A stretch of DNA of 64,000 nucleotides from the human T2T-CHM13v2.0 reference genome, Homo sapiens. Within the stretch, counting starts at the first letter, position 1, and every line of letters starts with the position of its first letter. The position numbers were made by a program, and so were the translations under genes. The notes under the pieces were generated by a model. The model worked only from the letters and a program-made list of their open reading frames with translations, did no database searches and had not been told where the DNA came from. Shown here piece after piece: positions 13,936-27,068 of the stretch. The stretch lies in the NCBI RefSeq assembly GCF_009914755.1, contig NC_060933.1; one strand, given 5' to 3'.

Positions 13936-15443
13936 ATATTAGCTCCTCTCACTACCCACCTTACTCTATTTCTTTTCCTGTCTTTCCAACAGGATTACCA
14001 AATAATCCTCATTTCTGATAGTTCCCATTATAACAGAGTGAACTTTCCAGTTTCCTAAATAAGCATTAGCTGTCTCTGAGTTGTATGCTAGCTCTGCTCT
14101 TGAATCCAGCCATCTATTTCTCGCTGCAAAGCAGAAAACATATACAAGGTTTCCTACGTGAGACAGATATTTGCCACATTTTTATTGCCTGGTTTTCTAG
14201 CATCTAGCAGGGACTAGTTCCTTGATCTTCTGCATTGCTTTATTGCTTGTCTTAACCTCAGCCCTCATGTCCTTTGTACTCCTTGTTCTGCCTTGCTAAC
14301 CTTTTCTTCTTAAATTCTTACTTCGATCTCTGTTTCAGTTCTGGTCAATAAGTACTCAAGACTCACTAGCCCCCAGTACTTCAGGTCTGCTTACTGACCC
14401 CTTATATTGTTTATACCCATGATTTCATGGTGACCTTCAACTTCGGTGTAAATGCTGGGTACTGGCTTCTTATATAATCTTTGACCTGTGCTTCTGACCA
14501 TTGCTATCTGGATTCATTCCAGCTGTCTACTTGTTTTTATATTCACTGATTCATTTTGGTTTCCAGTTTTATTACATATCTTTAATCCCTACTCTTCCAG
14601 TGATAGATTCCCATATTTTTTACTACTAATTTCATTAATACTCTAAAACCACTCTAGAAACTGCTGGGGGAAAAAAATCTTCGAGGAGGTAGGATTTATG
14701 ACCTCAGCATGCAAGGCAAGGAAAGTAGTTTCCTATAACTTTTCATTCATATATTTAATCCTCTTAGCTCCTTATCAACCCAGAAAACTAACGTTGACCA
14801 TCAACTCCCACCCTTCCCCAAAACAAATCCTATTATCAAGTGTTTCTTTCACTAAAATGCTAACAATTCATAGTAACTTAAATGGTAAACTCCCCAAAGA
14901 TATCTGAATTTTAACAGAGTCAAATTTAGCAAGCAGAAAGAGCAGAAAGGTGGTGGTAGGATGATTACGCAGGATTAGGATGCCTGGAATTATAAGGTAT
15001 TTGAGTGATTAGGGAGGAGCCCTGACACTCGGGTAGTTCAAGAGCAAAAGAGAGCTGCAGTCCTTGAACTGGATAAAGATGAGGTTTGAGAAAAAAGATG
15101 GAGATGTTTAAAATGTAAGTGGCATAAAAGAAATGAGAAAAGCAGAGCATTAGAGAAAAAAAGCAGTGATGTCAATTGGCAGCTAGAGCAGACACTGATA
15201 CCACTTCAATGTGGCGTTTGCGGAAAAAGGAGGCATGGAGTGTTCAGGCTGGAAGGGATCCCTGCAATCATCTAGCGCAGCCTCCTCATTTTTCCAGGAC
15301 AGACATTTAACATACATCATTATTTTCCTGCTTCTTGTGGGTCCATACTTAGAAACTGGCCCTGCATCTTCAATACTTTCAGAAATAGTAGCTTCTTTAG
15401 AACATACTGAACTGGATTAAAAGGAGAAGCAGCTTCTCTGGTT

Positions 15444-15496
15444 AAAAAAAAAAAAGAAAGAAAGAAAGAAAGAAAGAAAGAAAAGAAAAAAAAAAA
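15444..15496. repeat. A-rich/(AAAG)n tract
   Basis: Direct reading. Confidence 0.9.
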
Positions 15497-15999
15497 CCCT
15501 TCTATATGTGTGTAGAACACACTTTGCCATCTGTTCCTTTTTCCACTTCAAGTCAGTTTCCCTTTTTTACATCCAGTGATGTAATGCTGCAAAAGATTTG
15601 AGGTCATTGTTAATAAAGTTATAAGGGAATCTTTTGAAGAGAAAGTTAATTTGCTATATATACTATGTGAGGGATATTCATAGTTTTCCAACAGTAATGC
15701 TCTGCAGTTTATAAGAATCTTCAGTAAAGAAAGACGAGTGTATACCAAGTAGGGCTGATTTTATTTCAAATATTTTTAAATAAAACCTTTATAGCAGTGC
15801 TACCTGTAAATATTCTAGTGACAACTTCATGCTTGATGAGTAGAAATGCTTGTAGGCCAAGTCCTTGTACTTATCTAAAATAGCAAAACATTTACACCTG
15901 ACAAGGGACTTTGGTGTGAGACAGTTAGTCAAGTTTCATTGTAGGGTAGCATGACCTGTCTCAGAATCTAGTCAATTATTTTGTCATTTATCACAATCT

Positions 16000-16151
16000 A
16001 ATCATAGCACTTATCACAAACTTTTTTATGTGCTTATTTACTTTTTCATCAGGAAGAAGGTTCTGTGAAGCCTGAGATCTCATCTGTTAGTGCCATTCCC
16101 TATTACCAGCACCTGGAATAATAGGTTCAAAATAAATATCTGTCGAATTAA
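16000..16151 (+). mobile_element. L2 3' end
   Basis: catagcacttatcaca..cagcacctggaataatagg..aataaatatctgtcgaatta. Confidence 0.6.
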
Positions 16152-16323
16152 AGGACCAATGGGAATTAGAGAAGATTGTGGCATGGGGCCTGAGCAGATC
16201 CCCAAGAATGAGGGTGACTAAGAAAAGAGGAAGACAAAGCAATTATGTTTCAGGGGCAGTAGGTGGGGATGTGCTTGGCCATACTTGCAGGCTGATGCAA
16301 TGACCTTAAAGAAATTATGACTC

Positions 16324-16646
<323 letters not shown>

Positions 16647-17475
16647 TTAAAAACTAACTCTAACTTGATTTGGGGCAATAAAACTAACAAAACTTAAGGA
16701 AATGTTCAAAATATGTAAAATTGTATTTTCAGTAAATGATTATCTAATAAACCAACAATAAGACAAATATCCATGGAACTCTCCCAAATGTATATCCTTA
16801 CCTTATTTTATTTTATCGTATCTTTCATTCTTAACCCTAAATTTCCTGTCCAATTTTGGGTGAGTTGTGGGTCTCCATACATACTGGACTCCAAAAATTA
16901 ATTCTCTATCTAACTATCTATTAGAAAATTACATAAAATCAAATGTTGATTCACTTTCCTGTTTAAACATTGTGAAAAGGGTAAGCATATGTAATGCTTA
17001 TTTTTCATAAATATTAAAACTTCCTAAATAGTGTAAAATATATATTATCCCATGCTATGCTAAATGTACTTTAAGCATAATAAAAGTTGTTATATTCTCA
17101 CAACAGATTTGACACCCACATAAAAAAGAAAAAAATGCAGAAGCCACTGAATTCTGGGTACCTAATATATTACTTTCTACAAGCATAGAATGAAGTCATT
17201 TTTATTTTTAAGCAAAGGGCTCATTTTGTATGTTAGAGAAGAAAAAGAAAAGAATATCCATAATTTTGAAGAAAAGAGTTGTTTCGGGAAAACATGACTT
17301 AGCTATCATTTGGTAATTATTGCTCAGTACTATTTTTTAAAGTATTAGAAATAGTAACCAGTACTCATTCTTCTCCTACTGTGAGCCCTCTTGCAGCTAG
17401 CACATTTTAATTCCTCTTCTCCTGCTGTTAGTCATCTCCAGTTTTTTCCTCCATGATATCTGTGATATTACAATC

Positions 17476-17738
17476 TTTTTTTTCAGTTTTTTTACATTTT
17501 ATTATTATTATACTTTAAGTTTTAGGGTTCATGTGCACAACATGCAGGTTTGTTACATATGTATACGTGTGCCATGTTGGTGTGCTGCACCCATTAACTC
17601 GTCATTTAGCATTAGGTATATCTCCTAATGCTATCCCTCCCCACTCCCCCCACCCCACAACAGTCCCCGGTGTGTGATGTTCCCCTTCCTGTGTCCATGT
17701 GTTCTCATTGTTCAATTCCCACCTGTGAGTGAGAACAT
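17476..17738 (-). mobile_element. Short 5'-truncated L1PA3/PA4-type 3' end
   Basis: attattattatactttaagttttaggg..tttagcattaggtatatctcctaatgctatccctcc..gtgagaacat; possible short TSD aca(a/t)tctt. Confidence 0.93.
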
Positions 17739-17989
17739 TCTTATGTCAAGGAATGGTGTATTGCTTCTTCTGTGCCAGGCACCCTGTACCCCTTTTCTGT
17801 AGTCAAAAAAGAATATTATCTTCTTCGACGGACACAATTACTCTTCTCTTTCAAATATGGTTATGTTTTAATTCTCTTTTTATTCAGATAAGAAATGCTA
17901 CACAAATTTAATTTTCAAATTCACATATTAGTTAAAAATATACCACAGCAACCACATGTTTTACTTAATTAATTATTTAGGCTCCTCTC

Positions 17990-18212
17990 TTTTTGTTTTT
18001 GTTTTTGAGACAAGGTTTTGCTCTGTTACCCAGGCTGGAGTACAGTGTTGTGATCACAGCTCATTGCAGTGTCAACCTCCTGGGCTCAAGCAAACCTCCT
18101 GTCTCAGGCTTCCGAGTAGCTGGGACCACAGGCAGGTGCCACCATGCTCAGCTATTTTTCTATTTTTTGTAGTGACAGATTTTCACCATGTTTCCCAGGC
18201 TGATCACAAACT
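17990..18212 (-). mobile_element. 5'-truncated AluJ
   Basis: gatcacagctcattgcag..tcaacctcctgggctcaagc J-type right arm plus part of the left arm. Confidence 0.88.
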
Positions 18213-18549
18213 GTTATTATTTACATTGTAATCTGATCTTCATATAGCACCATCATATGCCTCAAGGGCTGCTTCACCTGCCTTTACAAATCAATACTGC
18301 CTACTAACAGAATAAAGTAGAGTACAAGAAGGAAACTTTCTCTAAGGATGAGCTCATTCAAACACTGAGGTTAAAAAAGGCGCCTGCTTAGTGGCAAACT
18401 CCCAAAAGAAGCAGCACAGGAGGGAGATGTGCTAAGAGTTGGAATTGTGTCATTCCCCACCTTCAAATCATCTGTTCAACTGTAACTTGAAAATACTGAG
18501 AAACCTGCCTTTAAGGTAAAATCAGGCCAAGCTATGCAAAAAAGGAGAA

Positions 18550-18770
18550 ACTGACATTTATGGAGCACCTATTATATTTCAGGTATTGTAAAACTGGGTA
18601 TTTTTCACACATTCTCTGATTTAATTCTGAAAACACATGAGATGGTTATTACCATCTCTATTTATATTTTTTTACAGGTGTAAAACTAAGGCTAAGGTCA
18701 CACAGCTAAAAAAGATCCAGGCTCAAACATGAGTTTCTCATTCAAAGTCTATGCTTTTCCTCCTGAAACA
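18550..18770 (-). mobile_element. MIR
   Basis: acatttatggagcacct..ttacaggtgtaaaactaaggctaaggtcacacagct. Confidence 0.75.
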
Positions 18771-19812
18771 TCACAAACTTTCTTCTTTCTATCGAAATTC
18801 TTTCTTTCTTCAAAATGTATCCATCTATCCAACTATTCATCTACTCTACTCATTCTTTCTTTTTACCTTTCCCTCTCTATTTCCCATCTCACCTCCATTC
18901 CTATGGCAAAGACATACTTAACATTTACTCTGTACCAGTTACTACATTAAATATCAGGAACTCACTGTGAAGAGTATATTTTTTATATTATATTTCAATA
19001 ATTCTTTACATGTATTTACTTGTAAATAACTATCTAAGTGGCATTCTAATGTAAGATGTGCATAATGCATATAATGAACAAACATATATGTCATATTAAT
19101 ACATTTTCTCATGAGGAAAATAGATAAGGCAAATGTTTTGCCCTTGAGATGCTGATGTAAGCAAAATATAGAGATTAACTACATGAAATTCCAGAAAGAT
19201 TGACTTATGATCCATGTATGCTTAAAAGGATGATTTATTGTTAATAAACAAAGATGACCTGACTTTTAAGTGTACAATAAGCATTGAAAGCTGTTTGAAG
19301 TTTAATATTTTAGCTGCAACAATTAGAAAACACAAAGAAGCCCAATGCCTTATTTCTGCAATCATATTCTCTTTTGTTCTTAGTATTCCAAGATGAGGTA
19401 GTCTGAGTTTTTGCCCCTCATGGATATCAGTAGGTTTTACAAGTGAGGGAACTTGACTGAGGCATTTGGTCAGGAGTTTAAATATTTCATGAGGAACGTG
19501 AAATGTGATGTATTGTAACTACAGAGAGAAGAAAAAGCTATGGATCTTCTCAGTGGGTAAATACTGGAAGCATATATTCCTATACCTACTATAGATAATG
19601 AATCCCATCAAGAAACAATGACCTCATAAATGAACAGCAGTTGAACCCTGGCAACTCTTTATAGCTCATTGAGGTTTTCAGGCAATATCTTGTATCTTGT
19701 AATCATCACAGAATGCTTGATACATTTTACCATTCTAATTTATGAAGATACTAGAAAGCTATGATATTAGTTCTGTCTTCATTCTGTATAGGACATAGGA
19801 TGACTTCGCAAC

Positions 19813-20101
19813 TTTTTTTTTGGCAACAGTCTCACTCTGTAGCCCAGGCTGGAGTTAAGTGGTATGATCTTGGCTCACTGCAACCTCCGCCTCACGGGTT
19901 CAAGAGAGTCTCGTGCCTCATCCTACTGAGTAGCGGGGATTACAGGTGTACGCCAACACACCCGGCTAATTTTTGTGTTTTTAGTAAAGACGAGGTTTCA
20001 TCATGTTGGCCAGGCTGGTTTTGAACTCCTGACCTCAAGTGATACACCCACCTCAGCATCCCAAAGCACTGGGATTACAGGCATGAGCCACCACACCCTG
20101 C
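19813..20101 (-). mobile_element. AluS (Sz/Sx-like)
   Basis: Full antisense dimer, ctcctgacctcaagtgat; TSD gacttcgcaacttt (19802-15) / gactttaaaacttt (20102-15). Confidence 0.92.
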
Positions 20102-20449
20102 GACTTTAAAACTTTGATTCAAATATTTTCTTTGTTTATTAAACTTTCCAAATATAAAAACTTGTCACCTGTCTACTCTATTTAAAACTAGTCAGAATCA
20201 TAACAAAAAATCCCCAATGGCCAATGATGGAAACAAAATATTTGACAGATATGTGGTAATGACACAAATGATATTGTGCTTAATAAACTATAGATACTAT
20301 TTGTATTTATAATATCTGTAATTTGAAGAGGCAATAACAGATACCAGCAGAGAAATTTTATGCGTCTCTCATTCATGAGGACTACATAATCTATAAAATT
20401 TGCAAGATTTGTTTTTAAAGATGGGATTGCTAGGATATTAATATTTGCC

Positions 20450-21315
20450 TAGAACCAAGATGCCCTTAAAGTTTCCCTTAGTTGACTACACTGTAGAAAG
20501 GCTTCCTTCTAACTAATTCCCCTGCTGTCCATTTTCTTAGAGCACTTACTTTAGAAAACTTGTAATTGTAAATCCTTTCCTGGACCTTTTGAGATGTGAA
20601 TCTCCCACAACCCAGAAAGGTCTTTTTCAAGGACGTGGGAGCCATTCCTTTGAAATGGTATCAAGATAGGGCCCCTGTTTTTCTGTTTCACTGGGAGAGT
20701 AGGAGTCTAACTTCAATATGCAGGAATTAGCAAACACAGGTGGCCTAATCACACTGACCAGGCTTTCACTAATGTCAGCAAGCATTTAAAAATCCTCCTA
20801 CCTTTTGTTTTAGTAAAGTTGAATACAGTCTTTTTCCTACTGGAATAGTCTTAAAGAAAGTCATCCTGGCCCTTATAAACTGAATGTTTTTGTCCCCTCA
20901 AAATCCATATGTTGAAGTCCTCATACCCTGTGTGATGGTATTTGGGGGTGGGGTCTTTAGGAGATAATTAGGTTTAGACGATGTCATGAGTGCTGGGTCT
21001 TCATCATGGGATTCGTGTCCATATTAAAAGAAAGAAAAAAAGAAAGAAAGATCAGTGTTTTCTCTCTTTCCCTCTCTTTTTCTATCTCTCTGCCATGTGA
21101 GGACCCAGCAAGAAGGTGGCCCTCTGCAAGTTGAAGAGGGCCTTCACCAGGAATTGAATCTTCCTAATCTTTGATCTTTGACTTTCCACCCTCCAGACCC
21201 TAAGAAATAAATGTCTATTGTTTACGCCACCTAGTACATGGTATTTTGTTATAGAAATACATGCTGACCAAGACACTTGCCTGCTTTACTGGTCTGGTGC
21301 GACTTTTCTTTGACA
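20450..21315 (+). mobile_element. ERV1 solo LTR, MER31/MER67 group, interrupted by MLT1A
   Basis: tttagaaaacttgtaattgtaaatcctt..gagccattcctttgaaatg..attagcaaacacaggtggcctaatcac; resumes at 21276 and ends ..ttctttgaca. Confidence 0.7.
20871..21275 (+). mobile_element. MLT1A-type MaLR solo LTR
   Basis: actgaatgtttttgtcccctcaaaatccatatgttgaag..agaaataaatgtctattgttt..ctgaccaagaca; TSD ctggc/cttgc. Confidence 0.88.
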
Positions 21316-21399
21316 CTCACTATACTAATGATCTTCTACTTGTGTATTTAAAGTAATGGAGTTTACAAAGATCGGCATGATAAATATAGTTACTATCCA

Positions 21400-21632
21400 T
21401 TGAATACTTACGAATAGGAGACATTTTCCATATACTCTTTCACTTAATTTAGTCCTCTCATCTGTGTTCTAATGGAGTAGTTACTATTTTTAAGCTCAGT
21501 ATATAGATAAGGAAACTGAGACTTGGAAACTCAAAATAGCTTTCCTGAGGCCACAAATCTAGCAAATGGTCGATCCAGGATTTAAACACAGGAATCTGAC
21601 TTTAGGGTCCTCACTCTTAATCACTTCATTAT
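21400..21632 (-). mobile_element. MIR
   Basis: agataaggaaactgagacttgg..ctgaggccaca..ggatttaaacacaggaatctgac. Confidence 0.8.
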
Positions 21633-21727
21633 GATATATGGGGGCAATTATCACAATATCTGAGATTTCATTCAACTGTCCAACATCATTAAACACAGTT
21701 TTATTTTGCAGTATGTGTATATATACT

Positions 21728-21847
21728 GAATTATGAATAACCATAGGAACAATACCCATCTTTGCAAAGAGGGCTGCACCCAGAAGAAAAAGCTAGCATG
21801 TTCCCAAGAGAAATTGTGATTCAGTTAAGTCCAGAGGAACATTATAT
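21728..21847 (+). repeat. Direct repeat A, copy 1 (~120 bp; partner 22624-22743)
   Basis: gaattatgaataaccataggaacaata..agctagcatgttcccaagag..tgtgattcagttaagtc occurs twice. Confidence 0.95.
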
Positions 21848-21956
21848 ATAAATATAATGTATAATGTATACATTATACATTATGTATATACAAATGTATA
21901 CATTATGTGTGTGTATATATATATAAATGTATAATGTATAAATGAGTGTGTGTGTA
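21841..21956. repeat. TA/TG low-complexity tract with a 30-bp perfect palindrome
   Basis: ataatgtataatgta|tacattatacattat at 21854-21883. Confidence 0.9.
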
Positions 21957-22084
21957 CTTACTGCAACATCTGATTAATGTGAAGGAAAGAGAAATAAGAT
22001 AAAGTAGCATCTAATGAAGCACACTTGTTTCTGCACTGTAGTCTATGATTTCTGAAAGTACTTCTTAAGAATATGTCATTAAAG

Positions 22085-22420
<336 letters not shown>

Positions 22421-22623
22421 TCAGGTGCAAAAAGTATCAATAAAAGATACCCACAGGAGGATAACCTCTTTTATTAGCTGCTGGAAAGAAAAAAAAAAAC
22501 TATTGAATAAAGAAGTCAGTCTTTTTATTTTGTATTTAATTAAAAAAACAAACATTTTACTCTGTTCTTTGTTTTTAAATCGCCTTAGTGTTTTTAATAG
22601 TAAGTCAGTTTGCTTTTAAAACA

Positions 22624-22743
22624 GAATTATGAATAACCATAGGAACAATATCCATCTTTGCAAAGAGGCCCACATCCAAAAGTAAAAGCTAGCATGTTCC
22701 CAAGAGTAACTGTGATTCAGTTAAGTCAAGAGGGGCATAATAT
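22624..22743 (+). repeat. Direct repeat A, copy 2
   Basis: About 13 mismatches and no indels versus 21728-21847 (by eye). Confidence 0.95.
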
Positions 22744-23324
22744 TGATCCAAAAACAAACTTCTCTACCGGGAGTCATTGAAAGGAATTTAATGAGCCACA
22801 TTCTCCCTATGTATGGGTTATATCATGGGAATAAATTAAGCTCTTTTGCAAGCTGTATTAACTCTTACAGGTCACTTGAGTATTATTTATTGCACAGAAG
22901 CAGGGACTTGCAGACAATCCATCTTAAAATTTATAAATTGTTCAACCTTGAAAATTCTGCCTACATATTCACTTTGGGATTGTTATTTTTGGTTATAAAA
23001 ATAGGTGAATTTGTATCAAGTAGAGAATTGTAAACATAAGCAGAAATATAATGTTCATAAATACAAGGCAAAGTAGAAATTAAAGGATACCAAATTGCAA
23101 GTCAGCAAAGCTGGTTCCTAGTCCCATCTTATTCCCCAAATATCTAACCTTGGATGGTTCTCCTAAATTTTCCTGGATTTAATTTATCATTTCTGAGATG
23201 CTGTGGCTGTGAATCATAAAGTTCTGGAAGGCTGTACAATATTTATAAAGAATCTGCACATTTGCATTGATATCAAACATTATCTACAAACATAGTAAAC
23301 TACTGGTGCACTACTATCAGTCTG

Positions 23325-23465
23325 AGTATAGTCAGGATCACAAAGGCCATGAAAGATAATTTAACAGAGGAAATTTAATGAAGGAAATAGTCACAAAGAT
23401 GTTGAGGAGGTGAAAAGCCACCAGGGTATGGAAAGAAGCCCAGAGTTTAACAGCAGCATTAGCTG
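23325..23465 (-). mobile_element. Possible old ERVL LTR fragment
   Basis: tagtcagg..tttaacagaggaaatttaatgaagg resembles antisense LTR33/LTR41-group ends. Confidence 0.35.
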
Positions 23466-23618
23466 TTTTGTACCAGCATCAGTTGAAGTAAACTTCCAAA
23501 CATTCGCACTCTTTCTTTCATAGACCTAAGGACATTAAAGAAGAAAAAAATCCTCCCTAAACATTTGGAGTATTCTTCGTAAGTTGCTTAATATCAGTAA
23601 GATTAAAAGGTAAGTAGT

Positions 23619-23915
23619 GTGGCTCACGCCTGTAATCCCAGCACTTGGGAGGTCAAGGCGGGTGGATCACGAGGTCAGGAGTTACAGACCATCCTGACCA
23701 ACATGGTGAAACCCCATCTCTACTAAAATACAAAAAAATTAGCTGGGCGTGGTGCACGTGTCTGTAGTCCCAGCTACTTGGGAATCTGAGGGAGGGGAGT
23801 TGCTTGAACCAGGAGACAGAGGTTGCAGTGAGAGGAGATCATACAACTGCCCTCCAGCCTGGGCAACAGAGTGAGACTCCGTCTCAAAAAAAAACAAAAA
23901 AAAAACAAAAAAAAA
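23619..23915 (+). mobile_element. AluSc-group (Sc5-like), missing the first ~11 nt
   Basis: gatcacgaggtcaggag..accatcctg; tactaaaatacaaaaaaatt; TSD aaaaggtaagtagt (23605-18) / aaaaagtgagtagt (23911-24). Confidence 0.9.
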
Positions 23916-24139
23916 GTGAGTAGTGGAATAATTCAGGACTTGAAGAAGCACACCACTGGCTCATGACAGTGACATGGATATTAAATAAGAATGACTTTAG
24001 TCTGTTTTGGAAAGGGAGAGTTTATTTTGGGTAACACGTAAGATGATTGCATTTTGTTAAAGGAGAGTATTCTTAAAATGCCAGTATACGGGTATGTGTG
24101 TAGTGCTGAGAAGACAAGAGTGGAAATGTAATAAATGTT

Positions 24140-24950
24140 TGATTGTTTTGGCTACTCAACACCCTTTCTCTCCTGTGAAGGTATCTCTTTTCCATTACCT
24201 TCGTTCTAGTGATTCTCATTGAGAAAACAAAACAAAAACTCATGTCTTATTCTCCCCCTTTTGAGTTATGTATTCACATCTTAAAACTGCTTGATATTAA
24301 CACAAGTAACTATAAGTTAACCTAGTAATGCCACACCAGACACTGCAACCCATATGTTATAGTTTAACAATGTATAGCCAATCGATAGCTATGTTATTTT
24401 AATGTAAATTCTTGGTAAACAACTCAAGAATTGGCCCTCACTTCCCTTTAAAAAAACCACTTGCAATTGCTACTTATCAAAATGTATACTCCAGACAATT
24501 TAAATCTATGCTCCCAGGTTACAATCTTCAAGTTATCCCAAATAAACTCTCTACTTATGTTAATTTTGCCTCAATTTCTTTCTTTAAGATTGATACCATG
24601 AACCTGAATATCATGGATCCTGCTATCAACTGAGTCATGAGGATTAGACTAAGGTGGTAGTGTTTGATGCAATATGGGCCAATTAGATTCTCTCTTATGG
24701 GAATTTAAAACATTTCCAGAGACAATAGCTTCTCATATTGAGTTATTTAATGGAACATTCAAAAGAAGGTCCATAAGTTTGCAATACTGACATCCCCTGC
24801 TCAGTCACAGCACCTATATTTCCCAGGCGCTGGATAGGCACCATTGTTTTTTTCCAATTTTGGAGTTATGCACCACATTTTAGTTGTAAATATTTAACAT
24901 GCCTGTTGCTTTGTTTCTATCGTTTGAAATAAAATAACCTTAACTGAGAC
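24140..24950 (+). mobile_element. Old ERVL (LTR33/LTR16-like) LTR interrupted by a younger LTR
   Basis: gggccaattagattctctcttatgggaattt motif; 3' end tttctatcgtttgaaataaaataaccttaactgagaca. Confidence 0.5.
24220..24595 (+). mobile_element. LTR47-like solo LTR
   Basis: ttaacaatgtatagccaatc..aataaactctctacttatgttaattttgcctca..taagattgata. Confidence 0.65.
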
Positions 24951-26818
24951 AGCACATAGGATAATATCTGGTTCTCTGAAATAGGTAGAATTTCTTTTTT
25001 TGTCTCAGTATTGGAGCTTTTTTAAAACCAACAAAATAAAATATATAAATAAATTCATTTACTTTGAACATGTATGTACATGCTAAGTTGAATTTGACAA
25101 AATTCCATGAAAGTGGATCAGTGAGAATGTGTAGAGGCAACTACTTCAGTCTCGTCTCCCTTGCTAACAGCATTATGTGTTGGCCTGAAGCAGTAAGTTC
25201 AAATTTAAGATTATTTTAGTGCCAGCTGAGTCTCAAGAGTGAGCCTGAACTGGAAAAGGGGATTAGTTTAGACATGTTCTTCACATACTCCTGCTCAGCA
25301 GTTCAGCCAATATTTACAACTTCCATGTTGCGCAATACTCATGGGCTTCTCCTCAAGGATTTGCATAGCAACCTCGGGTAAATTTAAGAGAAACATATGG
25401 CAACCTGTATTCCTGGGAGGCCACAGTCACAATTGCAGCATCCATTGGACCATTCTATTTTACAAGGCAGTTGCTGGTACTAACCATTTCTTACAGTAAT
25501 ATGCAAAGGGGTAAATCACTTAGGGTGTAGTTTACTTCTTGCCAGCATACTTTGGTATATATTAAAGGCTCAAGAGAAAGAGGTTTTATTTATGGACTAT
25601 GACCTTACTTTGAATTAGAGAATTTAGGTGCTTAGCATTTGAACAGATTGTAAAACTCTTGTCTTTTATTATTTTCTCTATTTCTTTTTCTCATATTTTA
25701 GCTATAGATACAAAATTAGATATGAGGATTAACAAATTACTACATCTCAAATCGTTTTTAATTTGTAAGCGTCATAAACATAAAAATATCTTATTGGTTG
25801 AGAACAATAATAAAATATTTAAGAAATTAAAAAAAAAACACTAAGCTTTACCTGTGGATATTTTAAGAGTATGGAAAATAAGGTTACTTTGGAAAATTCA
25901 AAATAAATATGCTTCATTAGCACATAATTGGAATGACAATGGCAAAAATGTTATTCTCAAAATATTGCTGCATTCAGAGATAAAAATGTAAGTAAGATTA
26001 TTATATTGCACAGATATTTTTACTCCTTCTAATATTAGTGTTGACTATCAACCAATGAAAAAATCTTTATGAATTTCTAGGTTAGATGCTTCCGATATTC
26101 TATTTCCCTGACAACCAATATTCAAAGAATATAAGGAGGTACGACTGCATAATGTGTTTGCTAAAATAGCTTTGTCTACCAAAGCAAAACCTCCTAAAGT
26201 GGCCTTAAACTTGATGATAATAACACATTTCATTTCTGTCCTCAGCTTTCAAGTCCCAATTTCATATATGCGTTATAACGTTAAATTGAAGGTTTATTGG
26301 TTAAAAGAATATTTTTAAAAAATAGAAGGAAAGAGAGGGAAAGAAAAGAATGGGGAGAAAGAAAACTACTTTCTAAATGCAAATTCACTCAGATACATTG
26401 TCCCATCCACAAACTCTTTCCCGTTAAAATAACACAACGCTTTCTACCTACTCAAAGTGTCATTACTGCCTTCTTATTTGAATTAAATATAGGTCAGCTC
26501 ATGTGTGTAAAATTACGAAAACCCTACAAATATATGAGGTATAATTTCATTTGTCCACTAGAGGGCACTATTGTAATCTCATGAACATGACAGAAATGTG
26601 TCAAAGTATTTTTTTAATGTACATAAAAGGGAAATACAGTGTTAAAAGCAAATTGCATTTTTAATTGCCACCAACCTCTAAATACATGACAAATTGCATG
26701 CAAATTAGATTTAATTTATCTTATGTTTTATAGGTTCACAAAAGGCTTTTTAAAAAGTATTATATTTGAAAGTTCAGTTTCTATTTTCCCACCATCAGCA
26801 TACCAATCACAGGTCTTG

Positions 26819-26938
26819 CTTTTCTTTCTTTCTTTCTTTCTTTCTTCCTTTCTTTCTTTCTTTCTTTCTTCCTTCCTTCCTTCCTTTCCTTTCTTTCTTC
26901 CTTCCTTCTTTCCTTCCTTCCTTCCTTCCTTCCTTCCT

Positions 26939-26989
<51 letters not shown>

Positions 26990-27068
26990 CTCTCTTCCTT
27001 TCTTCCTTTCTGTCTTCTTGCTTTCTTTCTTTCCTCTCTTTCTGTCTCTCTCTCTTTCTTTTCTCTCT
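26819..27068. repeat. Compound (CTTT)n/(CCTT)n polypyrimidine tract, ~250 bp
   Basis: Direct reading. Confidence 0.97.
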
